From Eubacteriales bacterium (GTDB lineage: Bacteria; Bacillota; Clostridia; Oscillospirales; CAG-272): a stretch of DNA of 64,000 nucleotides. Below are positions 46,656 to 56,760 of this stretch, piece after piece. A model generated the notes under the pieces. It was not told the origin of the DNA. It saw only the letters and a list, made by a program, of their open reading frames with translations, and did no database searches. The position numbers were made by a program, and so were the translations under genes. The stretch lies in contig JAZRIQ010000025.1 in assembly GCA_045645405.1 (NCBI GenBank), positions 7,957 to 71,956 on the forward strand, written 5' to 3'. Each line of letters begins with the position of its first letter. Position 1 is the first letter of the stretch.

Positions 46656-47666
46656 TTAAAATATTTCTTCAGCGACATCATTGGAAAATTCACGCAAAAA
46701 ATATACGTCTGCCGGGCGAACTGTAAGCGTTTTACCGTTAAGCTCCTTTATTTCATCGTCCTTTGCCTTGAACAAAAGTCTGTAGGAGTATAGTGCTTGA
46801 TGCTTATAGCCAAATCTTTTATCCAGCTCAATTTTTCCGTATTTTCCGTCTCCCAAAAGCCCGTTACCTATTGATGCCAGATGAGCTCTTATTTGATGTG
46901 TTCTTCCCGTTACAAGCTCAATTTCCACAAGAGAAATATCCTTATTCTTGTTATATTCAATTTCGGTATATTTTGTAATAATTTCCTTAGCTCCGTTTAT
47001 CTGTCTTTTCATAACCTTTACGGTGTTTGAATTTGCGTCTTTTATTAAAAAGTCGCACAGAGTGTCTGTTTTTTTAGGTAATTTTCCATGCACAGCACAC
47101 AAATACTTCTTGGTTATCTCGTTGTTTTTTATTCTTTCGTTAATAGCTCTTAATGCGGGAGCATTCTTTGCGGCAATGACCATCCCTCCGGTATTTCTGT
47201 CTATTCGGTTACATAATGCAGGAGCAAATGAATTTTCCTCACCGGGCTTATACTCTCCCTTTTGCGCAAGGTATGCCTGAACGTGGTAAATCAAGGTGTT
47301 TCTGTCCCTTGCATCACCGTCACCGCTTGTTTTACCGTCTCCGTCTCCGCTATGAACCAAAATTCCCGGTGCTTTATTGCAAATAAGAAGGTTTTCATCC
47401 TCATAAACTATATCAATTTGCGGCTTTATTGTAAAAAGCTCGTTGTCTGTAATTTTATCAGAAAAAAGATCCTCACTTAAGAACATCTGTACCGTATCGC
47501 CTAAATTCAAAATTTGCTTTTGCTCCGCTCTTTTACGGTTCACCTTTATTTTTTTAAGACGAATTGCTTTATACATTAAGGAAACAGGCATTCCCTTAAC
47601 CGCTTTTAATACAAATTTATCAAGGCGCTGTCCCGCGTCGTTTTTATTTATCGAAAATTCTCTCAT
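46656..47666 (-). CDS. RluA-family 23S rRNA/tRNA pseudouridine synthase
   Basis: N-terminal S4-like domain, catalytic-Asp motif NRIDRNTGG and HQIRAHLASIG. Confidence 0.8.
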   Translation of the reverse strand: MREFSINKNDAGQRLDKFVLKAVKGMPVSLMYKAIRLKKIKVNRKRAEQKQILNLGDTVQMFLSEDLFSDKITDNELFTIKPQIDIVYEDENLLICNKAPGILVHSGDGDGKTSGDGDARDRNTLIYHVQAYLAQKGEYKPGEENSFAPALCNRIDRNTGGMVIAAKNAPALRAINERIKNNEITKKYLCAVHGKLPKKTDTLCDFLIKDANSNTVKVMKRQINGAKEIITKYTEIEYNKNKDISLVEIELVTGRTHQIRAHLASIGNGLLGDGKYGKIELDKRFGYKHQALYSYRLLFKAKDDEIKELNGKTLTVRPADVYFLREFSNDVAEEIF

Positions 47667-47804
47667 TTTTCTTTCCTTGTTTTCGTTTCTGTTTATATTA
47701 TAAATTTTAATTCAAAATATTTCAAGCATAATTTAAAATTTTATTTACATAAACGCTTTTTTATGATAAAATGTCTTTAACGTTTTCTTTGGGAGGGATG
47801 AAAA

Positions 47805-49115
47805 ATGTCCGATATAAAAGCTTCTGTTGTTACGCTCGGGTGCAGAGTTAACCAATATGAAAGCGACGCTATTATGCAAGAGCTTTTAAAAAGCGGCGTT
47901 AAAATTTGCTCCCACAATGAAATTTGCGATATTTATATCATAAACACCTGCTCGGTAACCGGAGAGAGCGACAGAAAATCAAAGCAGTTAATAAGACGTT
48001 GTATATCAAAAAACAAGGATGCTGTGATTATAGTTACAGGATGTTTTTCGCAAATAAATCCCGAAAAAGCACTAAAAATCGAAGGCGTGGATTTTGTTTG
48101 CGGCAACAATGCTAAATCGCTGATTGCAGAAAAGGCTTTAGAGCTTTTAAAGACCAAGACGGAGCCTTTTATGTACGTGCCTGATATTTTCAACTGTCAA
48201 TTTGACGTTATGAGAGTTGGCGCTCCTCTTACACGTACACGAGCTTTTATTAAAATTCAAGACGGTTGCGAATCAAAGTGCGCTTACTGCATAATCCCTT
48301 ATGCGAGAGGCAACGTGCGCTCAAATACTCCCGAAAATATAATAAACGAGGTTAAAAACATCGTTAGCGAGGGCTGCTATGAGGTAGTTTTAACCGGCAT
48401 TGAAACCGCCGCATACGGCAAAGATTTCAAAAACGGATACACTCTTGCCAGCTTATTGACGGAAATAAACAAAATAGAGGGACTGAAGCGCATTCGTTTA
48501 GGCTCACTCGATCCCAGCGCTATCACGAAAGATTTCGTAGATAAAATTTGCGTTCTTGACAAGGTGATGCCGCACTTTCACATTTCTATGCAAAGCGGCT
48601 GTACGAAAGTCCTTAATTTAATGAAGAGAAAATACAATATGGATATGGCAATTGAAAATATTCATTATTTAAAGGAGTGCTTTCCGCGCCTTATGCTTTC
48701 AGCTGACATCATTACAGGATTTCCTCAAGAAAGCGATGAGGATTTTAACGAAACGCTGGATTTCTTCAAAAAAGAAAAGTTTTTGCATCTTCATATTTTC
48801 CCATACTCAAAGCGTGAAGGAACTGTTGCCGCCATAATGAGCGGACAAATTCCCGAAAATATAAAAAAGGAAAGACTTCACTCACTTGAAGCGTTACAAA
48901 ACGACATAAAAAAGGATATACTAAATGAAGTTGTCAACAGTAAGGAGCAATTAGAGGTGCTTTGTGAAACCTTTGACGATGAATTTATTTTAGGTCATAC
49001 AGATAACTTTTTAGAGGTTAAAATCAAAAGCGATAAAAAAATCTGCAACAAATTCGTAACCGTAAAGCCGTATTTCTCAGACGAAAATTATATTTACGCC
49101 GAATTAATAAAATAA
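47805..49115 (+). CDS. mtaB: tRNA (t6A37) methylthiotransferase MtaB
   Basis: UPF0004 N-domain Cys triad, radical-SAM motif CESKCAYCIIP and a TRAM-like C-terminus. Confidence 0.8.
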   Translation: MSDIKASVVTLGCRVNQYESDAIMQELLKSGVKICSHNEICDIYIINTCSVTGESDRKSKQLIRRCISKNKDAVIIVTGCFSQINPEKALKIEGVDFVCGNNAKSLIAEKALELLKTKTEPFMYVPDIFNCQFDVMRVGAPLTRTRAFIKIQDGCESKCAYCIIPYARGNVRSNTPENIINEVKNIVSEGCYEVVLTGIETAAYGKDFKNGYTLASLLTEINKIEGLKRIRLGSLDPSAITKDFVDKICVLDKVMPHFHISMQSGCTKVLNLMKRKYNMDMAIENIHYLKECFPRLMLSADIITGFPQESDEDFNETLDFFKKEKFLHLHIFPYSKREGTVAAIMSGQIPENIKKERLHSLEALQNDIKKDILNEVVNSKEQLEVLCETFDDEFILGHTDNFLEVKIKSDKKICNKFVTVKPYFSDENYIYAELIK

Positions 49116-49154
49116 AATACGAGGCAAAGAGTATAGCTCTGTGCCTCGTGTTTT

Positions 49155-50081
49155 TTATTTATCTGATTTAGCAGCTTCGGATATAGTATTTACAAGTCCC
49201 ACTACATTTTGAAGGTCGCTTGGTATAATAACCTTTGTTGCGTTGCCGTCAGCTACCTTTTCAAAGGATTCAAGCTTTTTAAGCATGAGATACGCTTCCT
49301 CGGGCTTTGCCTCGTTAATAAGTCTTATAGACTCAGCTTGAGCCTGGTTGATTCTTAAAATTGCCTCCGCTTCGCCCTCTGCTCTTCTTATTCTGGCTTC
49401 CTTTTCCGCTTCTGCCTTAAGAATAGATGATTGCTTTTCTGCCTCTGCTTCAAGAATTTGGCTTTCCTTTTTACCTTGAGCTACGAGAATATTACTTGCC
49501 TTTTCGCCTTCGGCACGAAGGATTGCTTCTCTTCTTTGACGCTCCGCCTTCATTTGCTTTTCCATAGCATCTTGAATTTCAGCCGGCGGCTTAATGTTTT
49601 TAAGCTCTACTCTGTTTATTTTAATACCCCAAGGGTCTGTTGCTTCGTCAAGAATGGAGCGGATTTTTGCATTGATTGTATCTCTTGACGTAAGAGTATT
49701 ATCAAGCTCCAAATCACCTATTATATTACGAAGAGTTGTTGCGGTAAGGTTTTCAATAGCAGCTATCGGATGCTCAACACCGTAAGCATAAAGCTTTGGG
49801 TCTGTAATTTGGAAGAACACTACCGTATCAATTTGCATAGTTACGTTATCCTTTGTAATTACCGGTTGAGGCGGGAAGTCTGCCACCTGCTCCTTTAATG
49901 ACACTTGCTTTGATATTCTGTCAATAACAGGAACAAGAATGTGCAAGCCTGTTTGCCACGTTTCCTTATAAGCGCCCAGCCTTTCTACTACATAAGCTCT
50001 TGATTGAGGTACAATTTTGATGTTAGCGATAAGTACAACTACAATTAACGCAACCAACGTTAAAATTATCCATACCCACAT
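49155..50081 (-). CDS. SPFH/band-7 (stomatin-like) protein
   Basis: N-terminal TM helix, an SPFH core and a C-terminal E/A/K-rich coiled coil. It follows an NfeD gene. Confidence 0.85.
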   Translation of the reverse strand: MWVWIILTLVALIVVVLIANIKIVPQSRAYVVERLGAYKETWQTGLHILVPVIDRISKQVSLKEQVADFPPQPVITKDNVTMQIDTVVFFQITDPKLYAYGVEHPIAAIENLTATTLRNIIGDLELDNTLTSRDTINAKIRSILDEATDPWGIKINRVELKNIKPPAEIQDAMEKQMKAERQRREAILRAEGEKASNILVAQGKKESQILEAEAEKQSSILKAEAEKEARIRRAEGEAEAILRINQAQAESIRLINEAKPEEAYLMLKKLESFEKVADGNATKVIIPSDLQNVVGLVNTISEAAKSDK

Positions 50082-50102
50082 GATTTTTTCTCCTTTATTA
50101 TA

Positions 50103-50546
50103 TTACTTTTTTATTACAAAGGCTTTGTTGCCTCTGATTTCTTTAAAAATCACCAATTCGTCCTTCTCTATAACAACGTCATCGAGGCTTCTTGCCGTCC
50201 ATACAAGACCGTTTAGCTTTATAGCGCCCTCTTCCTTAACGTTATCTATTTTCTCTGTAACTATTGCAACCTTATCAATATTCAGCTCGAGATTAGTTTC
50301 TTGATTGGGATTTTTCTTGACAAGCTTTTTCACAAACTTTCTCGTTGAAGCTAAAAGCACTGACGCTGTTACTATAAAGATAACAAACTGCCACACTACC
50401 GGTATTTTCCCGTCACAGCTTTTTATAATGCCTGTAACGATTGCAGTTACGGCTGCGCCTAAGCCAAACCAAATTGAAACCAATTGAGTTGTAGATAATT
50501 CAACAACTATAAGCGCAATTGCCAATGATAGCCAAAACCAAACCAT
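50103..50546 (-). CDS. NfeD-family membrane protein
   Basis: Three N-terminal TM helices plus a C-terminal OB-like domain, in the classic NfeD-SPFH operon arrangement. Confidence 0.75.
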   Translation of the reverse strand: MVWFWLSLAIALIVVELSTTQLVSIWFGLGAAVTAIVTGIIKSCDGKIPVVWQFVIFIVTASVLLASTRKFVKKLVKKNPNQETNLELNIDKVAIVTEKIDNVKEEGAIKLNGLVWTARSLDDVVIEKDELVIFKEIRGNKAFVIKK

Positions 50547-50653
50547 ATAATTTCCTCCGGTTGTATATTTTATTCATTTCCCCTTGGTTTGTATAACAAT
50601 TATATCATACAGAATTTGAAAAATAAACAACAAAAACTGCAAAATAACAGCGT

Positions 50654-51670
50654 TTAATTTTCACTTTTTGAAAAATAAATTTTTATATTTTCCTCCAAAA
50701 CCTTTTTAAGCTGATATTTCTCTAAGCTATACTGTCTTTTGTCGGTGCTTGTGCTTTTTACAAGGCTTACAAATTGCTCCTCGTTATTTAATTCATAAAG
50801 AACTTCCTTACTTAAAAGGTCACGGTTTCCCTTAATATCACTTGCTACAATAGGTAAACCCGCGTGCATAGCCTCCATAACGTTAAAGGGCAAGCCCTCA
50901 ATAGTTGAAGCGCACACATATATATCGCTACTTAAAAGCTCACCGTATACGTTTTTGGTAAAGCCTGTCACAGTAAGTCTATTATCTACCTTCAGCTTTC
51001 TTGCAAGCCTTTCAATATTTTTTCTTTCCTCACCGTCACCTACAAGTGTAAGTGTATAACCCGGTAATTTTTCCAAAGCCTTTACCAAAAACGCCTGATT
51101 CTTTCGTTTGCTGATTTCGCCTACGAATACAAGCCTTATTTTGTCGGACTCTTGCTTTTGCACCTTTGGCAAATTGGGAAGAACAATTCCCATTCCATGA
51201 CAAAAATAGACGTTATTCAAGCAAAGCTTATTTTTGGTCGCGATTTCATAATCCTCGCTATTCATAACGGCTATATCATCGGTTTGCTTTTTTACCATTT
51301 TTTCGCAAAAAAGATACGTTTTTCTTTTTAAAAATGAAGAATTATCTGAAAACAGGTATCCGTGAACGGTATTTATTACGTACGGACGCTTTTTAAAGCA
51401 CTTCATCGCAAGTCGAACAAAAAATGCGCACAGCGTGGTATGCAAATAAATTACGTCGAAGCGCTCTTTTTTTAAAATTCTCCTTATTTTCGGAATAAGA
51501 AAAAGATTTTTCAATGAGAAAACGCGTTTTTTGAACGAAACGTTAAAATCCGCTCCCTCTCCATTTGATAAAACGTACACCTGATTGCCCATTTCCTTAA
51601 GCTTTTCAATATAGGGGGCGTGAAAGTTTTTTATATGCACCATATTTGATGCAGCAATAAGAATTTTCAT
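50654..51670 (-). CDS. GT4-family glycosyltransferase
   Basis: C-terminal EGLPFNVMEAMHAGLPIVASD (E-x7-E) motif. Confidence 0.7.
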   Translation of the reverse strand: MKILIAASNMVHIKNFHAPYIEKLKEMGNQVYVLSNGEGADFNVSFKKRVFSLKNLFLIPKIRRILKKERFDVIYLHTTLCAFFVRLAMKCFKKRPYVINTVHGYLFSDNSSFLKRKTYLFCEKMVKKQTDDIAVMNSEDYEIATKNKLCLNNVYFCHGMGIVLPNLPKVQKQESDKIRLVFVGEISKRKNQAFLVKALEKLPGYTLTLVGDGEERKNIERLARKLKVDNRLTVTGFTKNVYGELLSSDIYVCASTIEGLPFNVMEAMHAGLPIVASDIKGNRDLLSKEVLYELNNEEQFVSLVKSTSTDKRQYSLEKYQLKKVLEENIKIYFSKSEN

Positions 51671-53037
51671 TTTATGTATTTTTCATTTCTGTTAAACATT
51701 TTAAAGGGGGTGGATATCAGAATCTTGATGTCGTTGAATATAGACCAATTTTCTATGTATTTAATATCCATTTCAATGCGTTTTTCAATTGACGTATTGC
51801 CTCGGTAGCCGTAAATTTGTGCAAGTCCCGTTATCCCCGGTTTCACCTGGTGTTTGACCATGTAAAGCGGTATTTTTTTAGAATATTCCTCAACGTATTT
51901 AGGAATTTCAGGGCGGGGCCCTATTATTGACATTGAGCCTAAAAGCACGTTAAACAGTTGAGGAAGCTCATCAATTCCCGTCTTTCTCATAAACGTGCCG
52001 AAGCGTGTTTTTCTCGGATCGTCATCAGTTGTCCAAGCAGTATCGGATTCGTCATTCTCACGCATTGAACGGAATTTATACATTTTAAATATTACGTTAT
52101 TTTTGCCAACTCTTTTTTGAGAAAATATTACTCTGCCTTTAGAGGATAGCTTAACGCCTATAATTGCAAAAACCATAATAGGGGACGTTAAAATTATCAT
52201 TATCGACGAAATAACTATATCCATTATACGCTTCATCAGCGCGTTTGCTATATTATCAAGAGGAATTGCTCTTGTGTTAATTATAGGCAAATCACCTATC
52301 ATATCAATCTGACATTTGGACTTAAAGTATTTATGGGTAACAGGAACGATCAGCACTCTTGTTCCGTGATTTTCGCATATACTGATAAATTTCTGAATGT
52401 CAATTTTTTCGCCCTTATCAAGCGCGATTACCACCTCGAATGGGTTTTCGTTTTTTATTATCTGCGCAAGGTCGTCATAGCCGCCCAGCCTTTCAATATC
52501 AGTTTTTGCTTTGTCCGTTACGCAGCCAACAACGTCATATCCAAAATGAGCGTTTTCCTCAACCTGCTCTGCAAACGTGCGAGCAGCCAAGCCTCCTCCC
52601 ACAAGAATAACCTTTCTTTGAAATTTGGGCTTTGTACGCATATTGTGAATCAGCTTGGTTGTAATTGCTCTCTTAATGCAAATAGCCACCATTGAAATGC
52701 CGAAGCTTACCGCTGCAAAAAGCAAAAAGCTTTTTTTAGGTGACACTATAAAAATAAAAGTTATCGTTATAAAAAAGGAGATTAGTTCCGCACCGACCGT
52801 TCTTAATAAAGCTTTATGCAGCTTTTCAAAACGCTTGATGGAATAAATATTAAACAAAAAATACACAAAAGAGGTAATCGCAGCCATAGCCAAAGCACCT
52901 GTCATTGCACGCTTACCAAAATCCGCCGATATATAACCGTTTAGCAAAACAAGTGATACGTAAATGGCTGAAAGGTTTATACAAGCATCTGAAAAAAAGC
53001 TTATAAGCAAAAGCACATTTCTGTTTTTTTGTCCCAT
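51667..53037 (-). CDS. polyprenyl-phosphate sugar phosphotransferase (bacterial sugar transferase, WcaJ/EpsL-like)
   Basis: Multi-TM N-terminus and a conserved C-terminal domain (...DELPQLFNVLLGSMSIIGPRPE...). The start is set at MGQKNRN (ATG at 53037) with AAGGAGG upstream. Confidence 0.8.
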   Translation of the reverse strand: MGQKNRNVLLLISFFSDACINLSAIYVSLVLLNGYISADFGKRAMTGALAMAAITSFVYFLFNIYSIKRFEKLHKALLRTVGAELISFFITITFIFIVSPKKSFLLFAAVSFGISMVAICIKRAITTKLIHNMRTKPKFQRKVILVGGGLAARTFAEQVEENAHFGYDVVGCVTDKAKTDIERLGGYDDLAQIIKNENPFEVVIALDKGEKIDIQKFISICENHGTRVLIVPVTHKYFKSKCQIDMIGDLPIINTRAIPLDNIANALMKRIMDIVISSIMIILTSPIMVFAIIGVKLSSKGRVIFSQKRVGKNNVIFKMYKFRSMRENDESDTAWTTDDDPRKTRFGTFMRKTGIDELPQLFNVLLGSMSIIGPRPEIPKYVEEYSKKIPLYMVKHQVKPGITGLAQIYGYRGNTSIEKRIEMDIKYIENWSIFNDIKILISTPFKMFNRNEKYIK

Positions 53038-53084
53038 ATTTTCCTCCTTTACCAAAAAATGCACAAAGCACTAATCGCCGAGGA

Positions 53085-53939
53085 TTAGTGCTTCAAAGAA
53101 TTACAATATTGAATATATTTATCGCAAACCTCTTTTGAATCGCCACAAGCACGCATATGTGAATCCTCAATCCATACCGCTTTTTGGCAAAGAGATTTAA
53201 CCTGTGCCATATTATGAGATACTATTACGAAGGTAACGCCCTTATTTCTTAACTCGTTAATTTTATCGGCGCATTTTTTACGGAAATTTTCATCTCCTAC
53301 CGAAAGTATTTCATCTACCAATAACACATCGGGATTTACGTCAATAGCGATAGCAAAGCCAAGGCGCGCCACCATACCTGACGAAAAATTTTTAAGAGGC
53401 ATATTCATATAGTCGTGAAGCTCGGCAAAATCAACTATTTCCTTGTATTTATGCTCGATTTCTCTTTTTGAATAGCCCAAAATTGCTCCGTTAAGATATA
53501 CGTTTTCCTTTGCGGAGGCTTCATAGTCAAAGCCGGCGCCGAGATTTAGGAGCGGAGCGACCTTGCCTCTAACCAGTACACTTCCATCAGTTGGACGCAT
53601 AATGCCTGTAAGAATTTTTAAAAGTGTGCTTTTTCCTGCTCCGTTATGTCCGATGAGTCCGATTGATTCGCCTCTTTTTACGGAAAACGAAACATTATCA
53701 AGCACCTTATGCTTTTTCTTTTCCATTTTCCCTTTCAAAAAGCGAATTACAAACTCCTTAAGGTTATCAACCTTTTCTTCGGGAAGAAAGAACTCCATAC
53801 TTACGTTGCTTACTTCAATTATGTTATCGCAATCGCTTTCAGAAATTACTTCTGCCTTTTCTGCTTCGGTAGCTTCAGAATTCACAGTCAAGGGAGCTTC
53901 CTTTTGTAAGATTTCTTTATTTTCCATTAAATTCACCAT
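53085..53939 (-). CDS. polysaccharide/teichoic-acid export ABC ATPase (TagH/Wzt-like)
   Basis: Walker A GHNGAGKST, signature FSSGMVARLGFA and Walker B LLVDE. Confidence 0.8.
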   Translation of the reverse strand: MVNLMENKEILQKEAPLTVNSEATEAEKAEVISESDCDNIIEVSNVSMEFFLPEEKVDNLKEFVIRFLKGKMEKKKHKVLDNVSFSVKRGESIGLIGHNGAGKSTLLKILTGIMRPTDGSVLVRGKVAPLLNLGAGFDYEASAKENVYLNGAILGYSKREIEHKYKEIVDFAELHDYMNMPLKNFSSGMVARLGFAIAIDVNPDVLLVDEILSVGDENFRKKCADKINELRNKGVTFVIVSHNMAQVKSLCQKAVWIEDSHMRACGDSKEVCDKYIQYCNSLKH

Positions 53940-54817
53940 TAAATGTAGAATATATATTTGCGTTTCGTAAGGTTGTAAATAGTAACGCCTATGGCAAAAA
54001 ATACACCGCCGATAAAATAAAGCTTAGCCAAAGCGCTAAAGTCCGGTAATGCGTAAGAGTTTGCAGAACAACGGTATATTACGTCTCTGAAATATTCAAC
54101 AAAATGATACATTGGATTCAACTCTATAACTCCGATTATAAGCTTACCTGAAAGATGAGTTTGGTTTATTCTGTCAGTCTTATAAAATATCGGTGTAAGG
54201 TATGTCCAAAGTGTCAAAAATACAGAATAAAAATGCTGAATATCTCTAAAGAACACATATAACGTAGCCAAAATTACAGACATTCCGTAATTGAATATAA
54301 ACAGCGCCGGAAGCATTAAAAACGCCATTAAAATATTCCAGCTGAATACCGTTTCACCCCTTATCCATACAAAAAGCATAACGCCCAAAAGAGCAACGCA
54401 TGAAAACAAGAAATTAACAAGCGCGCTCAAATTATTGGACAGCGGAAAAACGTAATATGAAATTTTGTTTTTAGTTAAAAGTCCTCTGTTTTGCACAAGA
54501 GAAGTAAGAGATTGGCTTGTTGCGCCTCTCATCATATTGAAAATAATATTACCGCAAAGAAGATATAGCGCGTACGTTTTATCAGTCTCGCTGTAATTAA
54601 GAATACTACCAAATACAAAAAACATTACAAGCATATTCAAGAACGGATTTAAAATCGTCCAAAATACACCGATGGCGGAATTTCTGTACTGAATTTTAAC
54701 GTTCTTTTTCACAAGCTCGCGAGTAATATTGGCGTTTTTCTTGATGTCGAACCATTTTTTCGAGGCTCTTTCCTTAAAAGTTTCCTTATACACAGGAATT
54801 TTTTCTTTAATACTCAT
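53939..54817 (-). CDS. ABC-2 type polysaccharide export permease (TagG/Wzm-like)
   Basis: A 6-TM ABC-2 layout. Its stop overlaps the ATPase start (TAATG). Confidence 0.75.
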   Translation of the reverse strand: MSIKEKIPVYKETFKERASKKWFDIKKNANITRELVKKNVKIQYRNSAIGVFWTILNPFLNMLVMFFVFGSILNYSETDKTYALYLLCGNIIFNMMRGATSQSLTSLVQNRGLLTKNKISYYVFPLSNNLSALVNFLFSCVALLGVMLFVWIRGETVFSWNILMAFLMLPALFIFNYGMSVILATLYVFFRDIQHFYSVFLTLWTYLTPIFYKTDRINQTHLSGKLIIGVIELNPMYHFVEYFRDVIYRCSANSYALPDFSALAKLYFIGGVFFAIGVTIYNLTKRKYIFYI

Positions 54818-54908
54818 TTCTTTTCCCAGTTTTAATTTCTTTAAGTTTACAAATCCGAATAACCCATATTGTTAATTTAATATATTATAGCACTACAATT
54901 GTTGTTTG

Positions 54909-56174
54909 TCAAGAGATAGAGCCAACAACCTCACTATACATATACAGAGAACCGAGGCAAAGAATGGCTTTGCCTTCATTTATTGCATCTTTGAATGATG
55001 CTTTCATAGCTTGAGGTACTGTTTCGTAGTGGGTAGCTTTGATGCCGAGAGAGTTAAATTCGTATGCATAATCCTTTGCATTCAATGCCCTTTTATTGTC
55101 AGGAGTTATGCAATACACTTGACTTGCAATTTCACAAATTTTTTTCGCTATGAATTTATAGTCCTTATCCGCCATTACGCCGGTTATTACATTAACCTTT
55201 TCGCTTCCGAAATATTTTTTGACGCTCTTTACAGCCTCACATACGCCCTGCGGATTGTGCCCGCCGTCAAAAATAACGAGGGGAGTGTGTGATATTATTT
55301 CAAAGCGCGCGTGCCATTTTGCTTTTTCGAGTCCTTCTTTTACAGCGGTATCACTTATTGTGAAGCCTTGCTTTTTCAAAATTTCAACTGCGTTCAATAC
55401 GTTTACGGCGTTTTTCGTTTGATAGGTACCTAAAAGCTTTATTTTTAGGTCTTTAAATTCGCCAAAATCAAAAAAAGTACCGTCAAGTGTTTGTTTTTTC
55501 ACATTCAAGGTGCTTCTTTCTGCCACGTAAAATGGAGCACTTTTGCCCAACGCTTCTGTTAAAATCACACTTTGCGCTTCTTTGTCGTTGCCGCACCATA
55601 GCACCGGCGTATTTTCCTTTATTATGCCCGCTTTTTCTTTTGCTATTTTTGGAATTGTGTCTCCTAAAATGGCGGTATGGTCAAAATCAATTCCCGTAAT
55701 AACAGATAAAATTGAATTTTCAATAACATTCGTTGAGTCAAGGCGACCGCCTAAGCCACATTCAAGGACTACAACGTCGCAATTTTGATTTTTAAAGTAT
55801 TCAAAACCGATTGCTGTTATAAGCTCAAATTCGGTAGGCTTGTCTTTCATAGCATCTGCTATCGGCTTAATTTGCGAGGTTAACTCTGCCAAATCATTTT
55901 CTGAAATCGGCTCATTGTTTATTGCTATTCTTTCGTTAAAGAATTTAATATAAGGAGAGGTGAAAAGTCCTACTCTGTATCCCTGCTCCTTTAAAATTGA
56001 TGATAACATTGAGCAAAAGGAGCCTTTGCCGTTTGTACCTGCCACGTGTATAAATTTCAAGCTGTTTTGAGGCTTGCCCAGCTTATCTGTAAGCTCTTTT
56101 ATTCTATCAAGACCGGGCTTACAAAACGTCCAAGAAACCGAGTGGATATACTCCAGTGCTTCATTGTAATTCAT
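54909..56174 (-). CDS. folC: folylpolyglutamate synthase / dihydrofolate synthase
   Basis: Mur-ligase P-loop HVAGTNGKGS with a FolC-type layout. Its start overlaps the folT stop (ATGA). Confidence 0.85.
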   Translation of the reverse strand: MNYNEALEYIHSVSWTFCKPGLDRIKELTDKLGKPQNSLKFIHVAGTNGKGSFCSMLSSILKEQGYRVGLFTSPYIKFFNERIAINNEPISENDLAELTSQIKPIADAMKDKPTEFELITAIGFEYFKNQNCDVVVLECGLGGRLDSTNVIENSILSVITGIDFDHTAILGDTIPKIAKEKAGIIKENTPVLWCGNDKEAQSVILTEALGKSAPFYVAERSTLNVKKQTLDGTFFDFGEFKDLKIKLLGTYQTKNAVNVLNAVEILKKQGFTISDTAVKEGLEKAKWHARFEIISHTPLVIFDGGHNPQGVCEAVKSVKKYFGSEKVNVITGVMADKDYKFIAKKICEIASQVYCITPDNKRALNAKDYAYEFNSLGIKATHYETVPQAMKASFKDAINEGKAILCLGSLYMYSEVVGSIS

Positions 56175-56707
56175 TTTAATTCCTCCTCATATCCAATCGT
56201 CATTGCAAAGCCTTTGCTTTTCAAAAGCAAGCACAGAAGCAAAATTTCCAAAGGCGCTATCACAAGATAAAGAGGTATGCGCCACAGAACCAAAACGTTG
56301 TAAAACTGATAAAGTCCAATTGGCTTTATTATCATTGAACCTACCACGTGAGCTAAAGTTCCGGATAATATTATTTGCATTTTTCCTTTTTTTCTTACAA
56401 AATATTTTGATACAACACCTGACAAAACACCCACGGACGTTGCACCTAAGGTAACTATTAAATTCGGTGGGTATATTTGTGGAGACAGCATATAGCTTAC
56501 AAGGTCAGATGCCAGTCCAACCACGCCTCCTGCTATTGGCCCTAAAACAATGCCCGACAAAATAATCGGAATGTTTTCAAAGGTAATGCGAAAAAGTCCG
56601 CCGCCAAAATTAAGCACGCTTTTACAAAACATACCTATCACTATGCTTAATGATGTCATCATCGCCATATTAGTGAGCAGCTTTATTGTTTTTTTAGATT
56701 TTTGTAT
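56171..56707 (-). CDS. folT: ECF transporter S component, folate family (start codon uncertain)
   Basis: A small 5-6 TM protein behind a THF riboswitch and coupled to folC. The track ORF (to 56815) runs through the riboswitch. The SD AGGAGG at 56717-56722 is followed after 9 nt by an in-frame ATA (56707). The next ATG is at 56668 and has no SD. Confidence 0.6.
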   Translation of the reverse strand: MQKSKKTIKLLTNMAMMTSLSIVIGMFCKSVLNFGGGLFRITFENIPIILSGIVLGPIAGGVVGLASDLVSYMLSPQIYPPNLIVTLGATSVGVLSGVVSKYFVRKKGKMQIILSGTLAHVVGSMIIKPIGLYQFYNVLVLWRIPLYLVIAPLEILLLCLLLKSKGFAMTIGYEEELK

Positions 56708-56760
56708 AAAAAAACACCTCCTAAAATGAAATACAGATTTTGCAACCATTTTGGAGATGA
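56708..56760 (-). terminator. riboswitch expression platform: terminator hairpin that also sequesters the folT SD
   Basis: Minus strand reads caucuccaaaaug...(18-nt loop)...cauuuuaggaggug followed by UUUUUUU. The 3' arm contains AGGAGG. Confidence 0.6.
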
